Source: Nemertoderma westbladi
Taxonomy: Eukaryota > Animalia > Xenacoelomorpha
Assembly (NCBI GenBank): GCA_032718475.1
Contig: JAUCBJ010001634.1
Coordinates: 1 to 38,762 of the forward strand
DNA: 38,762 nt
Reading direction: 5' to 3'
In this document: piece after piece, positions 13,219 to 25,734 of the stretch
Numbering within the stretch: position 1 is the first letter of the stretch
How the letters are laid out: every line of letters begins with the position of its first letter
Translations under genes and position numbers: made by a program
The notes under the pieces: generated by a model
What the model was told of the DNA's origin: nothing
What the model saw: the letters and a program-made list of their open reading frames with translations, nothing else
The model's database searches: none

Positions 13219-16200
13219 TGGTAGTCCACATATTACTTACCTTGCGTCGTCCAATAGCCTGCTTGCTAGTCCACATATCACTTACTTTGCGTCGTCCAAT
13301 AGCCTGCTTGCTAGTCCACATATCACTTACTTTGGGTCGTCCAATAGCCTGCTTGCTAGTCCACATATCACTTACTTTGGGTCGTCCAATAGCCTGCTTG
13401 GTAGTCCACATATCACTTACTTTGGGTCGTCCAATAGCCAGCTTGGTAGTCCACATATTACTTACTTTGGGTAGTCCAATAGCCTGCTTGATAGTCTACA
13501 TATCACTTACCTTGCGTCGTCCAATAGCCTGCTTGGTAGTCCACATATCACTTACTTTGGGTCGTCCAATAGCCTGCTTCGTAGTCCACATATCACTTAC
13601 TTTGGGTCGTCCAATAGCCAGCTTGGTAGTCCACATATTACTTACTTTGGGTCGTCCAATAGCCTGCTTCGTAGTCCACATATCACTTACTTTGGGTCGT
13701 CCAATAGCCAGCTTGGTAGTCCACATATCACTTACTTTGGGTCGTCCAATAGCCTGCTTGCTAGTCCACATATCACTTACTTTGGGTCGTCCAATAGCCA
13801 GCTTGGTAGTCCACATATCACTTACTTTGGGTCGTCCAATAGCCTGCTTGGTAGTCCACATATCACTTACTTTGGGTAGTCCAATAGCCTGCTTGATAGT
13901 CTACATATCACTTACCTTGCGTCGTCCAATAGCCTGCTTGGTAGTCCACATATCACTTACTTTGGGTCGTCCAATAGCCTGCTTGGTAGTCCACATATCA
14001 CTTACTTTGGGTAGTCCAATAGCCTGCTTGATAGTCTACATATCACTTACCTTGCGTCGTCCAATAGCCTGCTTGGTAGTCCACATATCACTTACTTTGG
14101 GTCGTCCAATAGCCTGCTTCGTAGTCCACATATCACTTACTTTGGGTCGTCCAATAGCCAGCTTGGTAGTCCACATATTACTTACTTTGGGTAGTCCAAT
14201 AGCCTGCTTGATAGTCTACATATCACTTACCTTGCGTCGTTCAATAGCCTGCTTGGTAGTCCACATATCACTTACTTTGGGTCGTCCAATAGCCTGCTTC
14301 GTAGTCCACATATCACTTACTTTGGGTCGTCCAATAGCCTGCTTGGTAGTCCACTTATCACTTACTTTGGGTCGTCCAATAGCCTGCTTGCTAGTCCACA
14401 TATCACTTACTTTGGGTCGTCCAATAGCCTGCTTGATAGTCCACATATCACTTACTTTGGGTCGGCCAATAGCCAGCTTGGTAGTCCACATATTACTTAC
14501 TTTGGGTAGTACAATGGCCTGCTTGATAGTCTACATATCACTTACCTTGCGTCGTCCAATAGCCTGCTTGGTAGTCCACATATCACTTAGTTTGGGTCGT
14601 CCAATAGCCTGCTTGCTAGTCCACATATCACTTACTTTGGGTCGTCCAATAGCCTGCTTGCTAGTCCACATATCACTTACTTTGGGTCGTCCAATAGCCT
14701 GCTTGCTAGTCCACATATCACTTACTTTGGGTCGTCCAATAGCCTGCTTGCTAGTCCACATATCACTTACTTTGGGTCGTCCAATAGCCTGCTTCGTAGT
14801 CCACATATCACTTACTTTGGGTCGTCCAATAGCCAGCTTGGTAGTCCACATATTACTTACCTTGCGTCGTCCAATAGCCTGCTTGGTAGTCCACATATCA
14901 CTTAGTTTGGGTCGTCCAATAGCCTGCTTGGTAGTCCACATATCACTTACTTTGCGTCGGCCAATAGCCTGCTTGGAAGTCTACATATCACTTACTTTGC
15001 GTCGTCCAATAGCCTGCTTGGTAGTCCACATATCACTTACTTTGGGTCGTCCAATAGCCTGCTTGCTAGTCCTCATATCACTTACTTTGCGTCGTCCAAT
15101 AGCCTGCTTGGTAGTCCACATATTACTTACTTTGGATCGTCCAATAGCCTCCTTGCTAGTCCACATATCACTTACCTTGCGTCGTCCAATTTGGTAGTCA
15201 CATATCACTTACTTTGGGTAGTCCAATAGCCTGCTTGCTAGTCCACATATCACTTACTTTGGGTCGTCCAATAGCCTGCTTGCTAGTCCACATATCACTT
15301 ACTTTGCGTCGTCCAATAGCCTGCTTGGTAGTCCACATATCACTTACTTTGGGTCGTCCAATAGCCTGCTTGCTAGTCCACATATCACTTACTTTGGGTC
15401 GTCCAATAGCCTGCTTGCTAGTCCACATATCACTTACTTTGCGCCGTCCAATAGCCTGCTTGGTAGTCCACATATCACTTACTTTGGATCGTCCAATAGC
15501 CTCCTTGCTAGTCCACATATCACTTACCTTGCGTCGTCCAATTTTTTAGTCACATATCACTTACTTTGGGTAGTCCAATAGCCTGCTTGCTAGTCCACAT
15601 ATCACTTACTTTGGGTCGTCCAATAGCCTGCTTGCTAATCCACATATCACTTACTTTGGGTCGTCCAATAGCCTGCTTGCTAGTCCACATATCACTTACT
15701 TTGCGTCGTCCAATAGCCTGCTTGGTAGTCCACATATCACTTACTTTGGGTCGTCCAATAGCCAGCTTGGTAGTCCACATATTACTTACTTTGGGTAGTC
15801 CAATAGCCTGCTTGATAGTCTACATATCACTTACCTTGCGTCGTCCAATAGCCTGCTTGGTAGTCCACATATCACTTACTTTGGGTCGTCCAATAGCCTG
15901 CTTCGTAGTCCACATATCACTTACTTTGGGTCGTCCAATAGCCAGCTTGGTAGTCCACATATTACTTACTTTGGGTCGTCCAATAGCCTGCTTCGTAGTC
16001 CACATATCACTTACTTTGGGTCGTCCAATAGCCTGCTTGTTAGTCCACATATCACTTACTTTACGTCGTCCAATAGCCTGCTTGGTAGTCCACATATTAC
16101 TTACTTTGGGTCGTCCAATAGCCTGCTTGCTAGTCCACATATCACTTACTTTGGGTCGTCCAATAGCCTGCTTGCTAGTCCACATATCACTTACTTTGGG

Positions 16201-19200
16201 TCGTCCAATAGCCTGCTTGCTAGTCCACATATCACTTACTTTGGGTCGTCCAATAGCCTGCTTGCTAGTCCACATATCACTTACTTTGGGTCGTCCAATA
16301 GCCTGCTTCGTAGTCCACATATCACTTACTTTGGGTCGTCCAATAGCCAGCTTGGTAGTCCACATATTACTTACCTTGCGTCGTCCAATAGCCTGCTTGG
16401 TAGTCCACATATCACTTAGTTTGGGTCGTCCAATAGCCTGCTTGGTAGTCCACATATCACTTACTTTGCGTCGTCCAATAGCCTGCTTGGAAGTCTACAT
16501 ATCACTTACTTTGCGTCGTCCAATAGCCTGCTTGGTAGTCCACATATCACTTACTTTGGGTCGTCCAATAGCCTGCTTGCTAGTCCTCATATCACTTACT
16601 TTGCGTCGTCCAATAGCCTGCTTGGTAGTCCACATATTACTTACTTTGGATCGTCCAATAGCCTCCTTGCTAGTCCACATATCACTTACCTTGCGTCGTC
16701 CAATTTGGTAGTCACATATCACTTACTTTGGGTAGTCCAATAGCCTGCTTGCTAGTCCACATATCACTTACTTTGGGTCGTCCAATAGCCTGCTTGCTAG
16801 TCCACATATCACTTACTTTGCGTCGTCCAATAGCCTGCTTGGTAGTCCACATATCACTTACTTTGGGTCGTCCAATAGCCTGCTTGCTAGTCCACATATC
16901 ACTTACTTTGGGTCGTCCAATAGCCTCCTTGCTAGTCCACATATCACTTACCTTGCGTCGTCCAATTTGGTAGTCACATATCACTTACTTTGGGTAGTCC
17001 AATAGCCTGCTTGCTAGTCCACATATCACTTACTTTGGGTCGTCCAATAGCCTGCTTCGTAGTCCACATATCACTTACTTTGGGTCGTCCAATAGCCTGC
17101 TTGCTAGTCCACATATAACTTACTTTGCGCCGTCCAATAGCCTGCTTGGTAGTCCACATATCACTTACTTTGGATCGTCCAATAGCCTCCTTGCTAGTCC
17201 ACATATCACTTACCTTGCGTCGTCCAATTTGGTAGTCACATATCACTTACTTTGGGTAGTCCAATAGCCTGCTTGCTAGTCCACATATCACTTACTTTGG
17301 GTCGTCCAATAGCCTGCTTGCTAATCCACATATCACTTACTTTGGGTCGTCCAATAGCCTGCTTGCTAGTCCTCATATCACTTACTTTGCGTCGTCCAAT
17401 AGCCTGCTTGGTAGTCCACATATTACTTACTTTGGATCGTCCAATAGCCTCCTTGCTAGTCCACATATCACTTACCTTGCGTCGTCCAATTTGGTAGTCA
17501 CATATCACTTACTTTGGGTAGTCCAATAGCCTGCTTGCTAGTCCACATATCACTTACTTTGGGTCGTCCAATAGCCTGCTTGCTAGTCCACATATCACTT
17601 ACTTTGCGTCGTCCAATAGCCTGCTTGGTAGTCCACATATCACTTACTTTGGGTCGTCCAATAGCCTGCTTGCTAGTCCACATATCACTTACTTTGGGTC
17701 GTCCAATAGCCTCCTTGCTAGTCCACATATCACTTACCTTGCGTCGTCCAATTTGGTAGTCACATATCACTTACTTTGGGTAGTCCAATAGCCTGCTTGC
17801 TAGTCCACATATCACTTACTTTGGGTCGTCCAATAGCCTGCTTCGTAGTCCACATATCACTTACTTTGGGTCGTCCAATAGCCTGCTTGCTAGTCCACAT
17901 ATAACTTACTTTGCGCCGTCCAATAGCCTGCTTGGTAGTCCACATATCACTTACCTTGCGTCGTCCAATTTGGTAGTCACATATCACTTACTTTGGGTAG
18001 TCCAATAGCCTGCTTGCTAGTCCACATATCACTTACTTTGGGTCGTCCAATAGCCTGCTTGCTAATCCACATATCACTTACTTTGGGTCGTCCAATAGCC
18101 TGCTTGCTAGTCCACATATCACTTACTTTGGGTCGTCCAATAGCCTGCTTGCTAGTCCACATATCACTTACTTTGGGTCGTCCAATAGCCTGCTTGCTAA
18201 TCCACATATCACTTACTTTGGGTCGTCCAATAGCCTGCTTGCTAGTCCACATATAACTTACTTTGCGCCGTCCAATAGCCTGCTTGGTAGTCCACATATT
18301 ACTTACTTTGGATCGTCCAATAGCCTCCTTGCTAGTCCACATATCACTTACCTTGCGTCGTCCAATTTGGTAGTCACATATCACTTACTTTGGGTAGTCC
18401 AATAGCCTGCTTGCTAGTCCACATATCACTTACTTTGGGTCGTCCAATAGCCTGCTTGCTAATCCACATATCACTTACTTTGGGTCGTCCAATAGCCTGC
18501 TTGCTAGTCCACATATCACTTACTTTGCGTCGTCCAATAGCCTGCTTGGTAGTCCACATATCACTTACTTTGGGTCGTCTAATAGCCTGCTTGGTAGTCC
18601 ACATATTACTTACCTTACGTCGTCCAATAGCCTGCTTGGTAGTCCACATATCACTTACTTTGGGTCGTCCAATAGCCTGCTTGGTAGTCCACATATCACT
18701 TACTTTGGGTCGTCCAATAGCCTGCTTGGTAGTCCACATATTACTTACCTTACGTCGTCCAATAGCCTGCTTGGTAGTCCACATATCACTTACTTTGGGT
18801 CGTCCAATAGCCTGCTTGGTAGTCCACACATCACTTACCTTGCGTCGTCCAATTTGGTAGTCACATATCACTTACTTTGGGTAGTCCAATAGCCTGCTTG
18901 CTAGTCCACATATCACTTACTTTGCGTCGTCCAATAGCCTGCTTGGTAGTCCACATATCACTTACTTTGGATCGTCCAATAGCCTCCTTGCTAGTCCACA
19001 TATCACTTACCTTGCGTCGTCCAATTTGGTAGTCACATATCACTTACTTTGGGTAGTCCAATAGCCTGCTTGCTAGTCCACATATCACTTACTTTGCGTC
19101 GTCCAATAGCCTGCTTGGTAGTCCACATATCACTTACTTTGAGTCGCCCAATAGCCTGTTTCGTAGTCCACATATTACTTACCTTGGGTCGTCCAATAGC

Positions 19201-19385
19201 CTGCTTGGTAGTCCACATATTACTTACCTTACGTCGTCCAATAGCCTGCTTGGTAGTCCACATATTACTTACCTTACGTCGTCCAATAGCCTGCTTGGTA
19301 GTCCACATATCACTTACTTTGGGTCGTCCAATAGCCTGCTTGCTAGTCCACATATTACTTACCTTACGTCGTCCAATAGCCTGCT
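13219..19385 (-). repeat. 45-bp tandem array (~139 units, 11 of them 37-bp variants) derived from the GPCR exon/intron donor junction
   Basis: Minus-strand unit AGCAGGCTATTGGACGAC(G/C)(C/T)AA(G/A)|GTAAGT(G/A)ATATGTGGACTA(C/G)CA; the first unit overlaps the last 23 nt of the TM5 exon. Confidence 0.97.
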
Positions 19386-19507
19386 CCGAACTCCAGGTAT
19401 GCTCCAACTCAGGTGGACGGCACAATGTATATGCTATTATGGTGTAACAGACGAATACGATTGTCAAAGGTATAAAACATGAGAATATAGCGAACAATGT
19501 GATTTCT
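19363..19507 (-). CDS. Class A GPCR, TM5-ICL3 exon
   Basis: Acceptor TTGTTTCAG|A at 19508; encodes EITLFAIFSCFIPLTIVFVCYTIIAYTLCRPPELEHTWSSEQAIGRRK with P5.50 and Y5.58 at the correct spacing; donor AAG|GTAAGT at 19362, phase 0. Confidence 0.92.
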
Positions 19508-21296
19508 CTGAAACAATATAAATAGAGTGCAATTTATAGTAAACTTACAAATTAATTACATACATTTAACTTCATAAAAAATAAAAATCAAATCTGGTTT
19601 CAAATCTAATGACCCCACTCCGAACTAATTTTATAGATTTATAATGTTAATAATTTTTAGAGAATATACATCCCAAGAGCAGATAATCGGTTTAATAATT
19701 AAAATGATTCAGTTTAAAATTAGTGCACTTAGTAATAAATATAAAGAAAATGAAATGCAACTACACAGTGTGTGCGATGTGTGTGCTGTTTGTGATTTAT
19801 AGTTTCGTATTATACTAGTGATGCTAAATTTAAAACCTTTTTATCATTTGTTTCTCCTTTCCATGCTGGCAATTTTCGACTTCACAAACTCACTGCCATT
19901 CAAATTTGCTAGGAAGAAGCATTCAGCTGGGATTTAATAAGCGTATGGCCTACTAAGATAAACTCGATCATCACCCTGCAGAAACAATGTGTCATATTTA
20001 CTGAATTGTTAGCTGCGGTAACATGACTCTCTCTTCTTGGAAATTCTTAACTCATTTTCTTGGAAATTAATGCTGCTGAGTTGTGTGTAGAGAGACCTTT
20101 AATCCAATTAAAATTAGTTCAGATAATTATATGAACTTTGGCTTTTATAAACTCGGGTTTCGGCTTCACCTTACAATATTATTATGTTCAGTTGGTGTTT
20201 TCCCTAATTGTCATCGGATATTGCCAGACAAACTAACTCCCTACAGCTCCCCTCAGTGCTGAATCACTTCCAGTTAATTAGAAATCGACGCAAGGCGAAT
20301 GGGAAGGCGCCTGGTTTAAATCTGGAAGAAATCTCACACCAGTTCCAATAAACAAGTCACCGGTACCATTACCACTTCCTTAATAATAATTTCATTTAGT
20401 GCTTCTCCAGCCTAAGTTGTGTCTTTCAGTAAATTGTTGTCTTCGATTTTCGCTGAAAGAAATTTATATTTTTGGGATCATCAAACGGTCGCAAGACATT
20501 GTAAATTATTTCGATATGTGAAATAAATTACTTTTTTACTTTTTTATTTTATGCCAAAATGTTTCTAGTTTGCACCGGATGATGCAATTACTTTCTGTCT
20601 TGCAGTGGAAGCGAAATACCGAACGCGCGCCCGGGGCAACGAACATAGCAGAGGTCTCAAATCCCCCACACCATCATCCTTAAAAAGGTACACATTTACA
20701 TAAATTAAGTTGAGATTCATCGGTAAATGAATACAATTTACACCGGGCTGTCGCACGCTAATAGCTACGTTGTTGGAAGACAGATCGGAACAGAAAATTT
20801 GTAAAAGCATAAAAAACTGCACAATAGATGAAGAACCGGTACCGTTACTGATTCAAACAATTAGACAATTTATTAATGATAGGATAAGTGGAAGTGGGGT
20901 TACTTAAGTGCCCCCTTCGTAGAGAAGTTGTGTAACGAGTAAGCCAAAATGATAATAAAAATGGTTAATTAATGCTGGTGAACACGAATTTTTATAATAT
21001 AATATAATTTAATTTCATATCCATACATATGGAGTAATTGAAGCGGTCTATAAATAAAATAAATGAATTATTATAATTACTAATTATGAGTATCACGATA
21101 AAAACTATTTAAAAATAGGGCATAGTGAAGGACCGAGTTGCATTGTGTGATTTTGGTGAAGGATTAATAGTGTTCCTTGGTTGTTGCCAGGCAGTCACAG
21201 ACCCAACAGACACATGATTCCGTGGGTCTCCAGCATTTCTGCCGATCACACAGTTTATGATTATGATGATAGCCGTTACATATTATTTGGCATTTT

Positions 21297-24200
21297 TATA
21301 GGAAACAGAGTGGAAGGGTTTATTGTGGAAGATCACCCATGGTGGTGAACAGGCATTCCTTTATAGGAAACAGAGTGGAAGGGTTTACTGTGGAAGATCA
21401 CCCATGGTGGTGAACAGGCATTCCTTTAGGAAACGGAGTGGACGGGTTTACTGTTGAAGATCAGCCATGGTGGTGAACAGGCATTCCTTTAGGAAACAGA
21501 GTGGAAGGGTTTACTATGGAAGATCACCCATGGTGGTGAACAGGCATTCCTTTAGGAAACAGAGTGGAAAGGTTTACTGGGGAAGATCAACCATATAGTA
21601 GTGAACATGCATTCCTTTAGGAAACAGAGTGGAAGGGTTTACTGTGAAAGATCACCCATGGTGGTGAACATGCATTCCTTTATGAAACATAATGGAAGGG
21701 TTCACTGTGTAAGATCACCCATGGTGGAGAACAGGCATTCCTTTATGAAACAGAGTGGAAGGGTTTACTGTGGATGATCACCCATGGTTGTGAACAAGCA
21801 TTCCTTTAGGAAAAAGAGTGGAAAGGTTTACTATGGAAGATCAACATGGTGATGAACAGGCATTCCTTTAGGAAACGGAGTGGACGGGTTTACTGTGGAA
21901 GATCAGCCATGGTAGTGAACAGGCATTCCTTTAGGAAACAGAGTGGAAAGGTTTACTGTGGAAGATCAACCATATAGTGGTGAACATGCATTCCTTTAGG
22001 AAACAAAGTGGAAGGGTTTACTGTGGAAGATAACCCATGGTGGAGAACAGGCATTCCTTTATGAAACAGAGTGGAAGGGTTTAATGTGGAAGATCACCCT
22101 TGGTGGAGAACAGGCATTCCTTTATGAAACAGAGTGGAAGGGTTTACTGTGGATGATCACCCATGGTTGTGAACAGGCATTCCTTTAGGAAACAGAGTGG
22201 AAGAGTTTACTGCGGAAGATCACCCATGGTGGAGAACAGGCATTCCTTTATGAAACAGAGTGGAAGGGTTTACTGTTAAGATCACCCATGGTGGTGTATA
22301 GGCATTCCTTTAGGAAACAGCATGGAAGGGTTTACTATGGAAGATCACCCATGGTGGAGAACAGGTATTCCTTTATGAAACAGAGTGGAAGGGTTTAATG
22401 TGGAAGATCACCCTTGGTGGAGAACAGGCATTCCTTTATGAAACAGAGTGGAAGGGTTTACTGTGGATGATCACCCATGGTTGTGAACAGGCATTCCTTT
22501 AGGAAACAGAGTGGAAGAGTTTACTGCGGAAGATCACCCATGGTGGAGAACAGGCATTCCTTTATGAAACAGAGTGGAAGGGTTTACTGTGGAAGATCAC
22601 CCATGGTGGTGAACAGGCATTCCTTTCGGAAACAGAGTGGAAGGGTTTACTGTGGAAGATCACCCATGGTGGAGAACAGGCATTCCTTTATGAAACAGAG
22701 TGGAAGGGTTTACTGTGGAAGATCACCCATGGTGGAGAACAGGCATTCCTTTATGAAACAGAGTGGAAGGGTTTACTGTGGATGATCACCCATGGTTGTG
22801 AACAGGCATTCCTTTAGGAAACAGAGTGGAAGAGTTTACTGCGGAAGATCACCCATGGTGGAGAACAGGCATTCCTTTATGAAACAGAGTGGAAGGGTTT
22901 ACTGTTAAGATCACCCATGGTGGTGTATAGGCATTCCTTTAGGAAACAACATGGAAGGGTTTACTATGGAAGATCACCTATGGTGGAGAACAGGTATTCC
23001 TTTATGAAACAGAGTGGAAGGGTTTACTGTGGAAGATCACCCATGGTGGTGAACAGGCATTCCTTTCGGAAACAGAGTGGAAGGGTTTACTGTGGAAGAT
23101 CACCCATGGTGGAGAACAGGCATTCCTTTATGAAACAGAGTGGAAGGGTTTACTGTGGAAGATCACCCATGGTGGAGAACAGGCATTCCTTTATGAAACA
23201 GAGTGGAAGGGTTTACTGTGGATGATCACCCATGGTTGTGAACAGGCATTCCTTTAGGAAACAGAGTGGAAGGGTTTACTGCGGAAGATCACCCATGGTG
23301 GAGAACAGGCATTCCTTTATGAAACAGAGTGGAAGGGTTTACTGTGGATGATCACCCATGGTTGTGAACAGGCATTCCTTTATGAAACAGAGTGGAAGGG
23401 TTTACTGTGGAAGATCACCCATGGTGGAGAACAGGCATTCCTTTATGAAACAGAGTGGAAGGGTTTACTGTGGATGATCACCCATGGTTGTGAACAGGCA
23501 TTCCTTTAGGAAACAGAGTGGAAGGGTTTACTGCGGAAGATCACCCATGGTGGAGAACAGGCATTCCTTTATGAAACAGAGTGGAAGGGTTTACTGTGGA
23601 AGATCACCCATGGTGGAGAACAGGCATTCCTTTATGAAACAGAGTGGAAAGGTTTACTGTGGATGATCACCCATGGTTGTGAACAGGCATTCCTTTAGGA
23701 AACAGAGTGGAAGGGTTTACTGCGGAAGATCACCCATGGTGGAGAACAGGCATTCCTTTATGAAACAGAGTGGAAGGGTTTACTGTGGAAGATCACCCAT
23801 GGTGGTGAACAGGCATTCCTTTAGGAAACAGAGTGGAAGGGTTTACTGTGGAAGATCACCCATGGTGGTGTATAGGCATTCCTTTAGGAAACAGAGTGGA
23901 AGGGTTTACTGTGGAAGATCACCCATGGTGGTGAACAGACATTCGTTTAGGAAACAGAGTGGAAGGGTTTACTGTGGAAGATCACCCATGGTGGTGTATA
24001 GGCATTCCTTTAGGAAACAGAGTGGAAGGGTTTACTGTGGAAGATCACCCATGGTGGAGAACAGGCATTCCTTTATGAAACAGAGTGGAAGGGTTTACTG
24101 TGGAAGATCACCCATGGTGGTGAACAGGCATTCCTTTAGGAAACAGAGTGGAAAGGTTTACTGTGGAAGATCACCCATGGTGGTGAACAGGCATTCCTTT

Positions 24201-24472
24201 AGGAAACAGAGTGGAAGGGTTTACTGTGGAAGATCACCCATGGTGGTGAACAGGCATTCCTTTAGGAAACAGAGTGGAAGGGTTTACTGTGGAAGATCAC
24301 CCATGGTGGTGAACAGGCATTCCTTTCGGAAACAGAGTGGAAGGGTTTACTGTGGAAGATCACCCATGGTGGAGAACAGGCATTCCTTTATGAAACAGAG
24401 TGGAAGGGTTTACTGTGGATGATCATCCATGGTTGTGAACAGGCATTCCTTTGGGAAACAGAATGGAAGGGT
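21297..24472. repeat. 63-bp minisatellite, ~50 copies (intronic)
   Basis: Unit ggaaacagagtggaagggtttactgtggaagatcacccatggtggtgaacaggcattccttta with variants. Confidence 0.97.
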
Positions 24473-25244
24473 ATAAGTCGTCAGACTTTGTGCGTAATCA
24501 ATGGCCTAGCGGCCAAAGAACATTTACTTTACTTTTACTTTTAGGGAAAAACATGGAATTAATGGTAACATCTATAAACATTTTGGGATTATTAGAAAAT
24601 AATTATGTAGGATAAAAAAGTAGTTCGGATAAATCGCGAATTAGTTTTGGGTTATCCTTTAATTTGCCTAGTTTCACTGGACTATATAAACCCAATGTAA
24701 ATTATATCAATTAGGTTTGTTAAAGCGATAAAGATGTCAGGATGAAAGGGTCACTCATCAATGTATTTATTATCTATTTATATTTACGTAATATATCTCG
24801 CCGCGGCCGCCCGCCGATGCCGCACGCCGCTCCTGCTGTGTATCATGATCTTTACCGCTGCACATGAATTCAAAAATAAGCAAATGTGCTTGTTAAGATG
24901 TGTGTAAAGTTTCCCAGTGTGCTTGTTGAGATGTGTGTAAAGTTTCCCAGTGTTTTTGTGTTGGCAAATATACCAAAGGGCTAGCTTTGCAAGCTCTTTT
25001 TCCGCTATTGTGCTAACTTTTCCAAAATGCTAACTCAAAGTGCTAACTCGTGGTCCTTGCAATCTGAAACTTTGTCAAAACGTTTTTTAGACCATTTCCC
25101 ACAAGTTAGCATTTTACCACTTTTGCAGTCCAGTGTGTCATGTGTATGAAAAACTTGGCTTAAACTTATGGGAACTGATACTTTTCAAACACACTTAAAC
25201 ACTCAAGAGTATGGAATGGCCATAATGCTAACTTACAAACACAC

Positions 25245-25710
25245 TTCTTACACTTACATTCCATTTGTACCAACTACCAAGTGCTAAATGATTATAAGAC
25301 CGCAAATACCCTAATACGCTAACTCGCTGAATGTTAATTGCGAATACCCCTCCGCTTCGCGAATAGCCAATTGTACACGTATAACCTAATAATAAAAGCG
25401 TTTTGCACAAACTGCGGGGGCGCTAAAGTCTTAACTTATTACTTTTAGATAGTCTTTGAAAGTACTCTATACAAAGTCCTAACCCGATAACTGTGTATTG
25501 TCATGGAAACGTAATGGCTTCTTACCTGGACATCCATACAATGTATTTCAATTTATTGCACAGGCGACATATTATTATGTAGTGAGTGATTGCCGTGAAA
25601 TGGAAATACCTAGATATATTGACAATCGTTATTTCAAAATTGATCCGGTCTAATTGTTGAGATACCCCAAATTGAGGTTCTAAATTTGTGAAAATATTAG
25701 TGAAACAATT
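25245..25710. repeat. Diverged duplicated segment, copy 1 (paralogous to 31095-31562)
   Basis: Shared collinear blocks: aagtgctaaatgatt, ttgcgaatacccctc, gcgctaaagtc, tttgaaagtact.tatacaaagtcctaacccgataa, gtattgtcatggaaac, ttcttacctggaca, gtgaaatggaaa, gacaatcgttatt, ttagtgaaacaat. Confidence 0.85.
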
Positions 25711-25734
25711 TTATGGTTAAAGAGAAAACTCTAT

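Noticed and set aside
13242-16711. 651-aa and 381-aa hydrophobic plus-strand ORFs (LGRPIACLVVHISLT)n
   Set aside because: They are the antisense reading of the 45-bp donor array, with non-ATG starts and no unique sequence; the unit's origin is explained by the minus-strand exon junction.
13219-19362. Recursive (ratchet) splicing at the AG|GT units
   Set aside because: The AG is AAG preceded by purine-rich sequence with no polypyrimidine tract, so the units look like donors only.
22477-24422. Repeat-protein ORFs (MVVNRHSFRKQSGRVYCGRSP)n
   Set aside because: Frequent TGA variants and frameshifting indels occur among the units; open stretches are expected by chance from a 3n period.
1228-24472. 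CRISPR-like interpretation of the long regular arrays
   Set aside because: Units are head-to-tail with no unique spacers, no cas genes are present, and the context is a spliceosomal eukaryotic gene.
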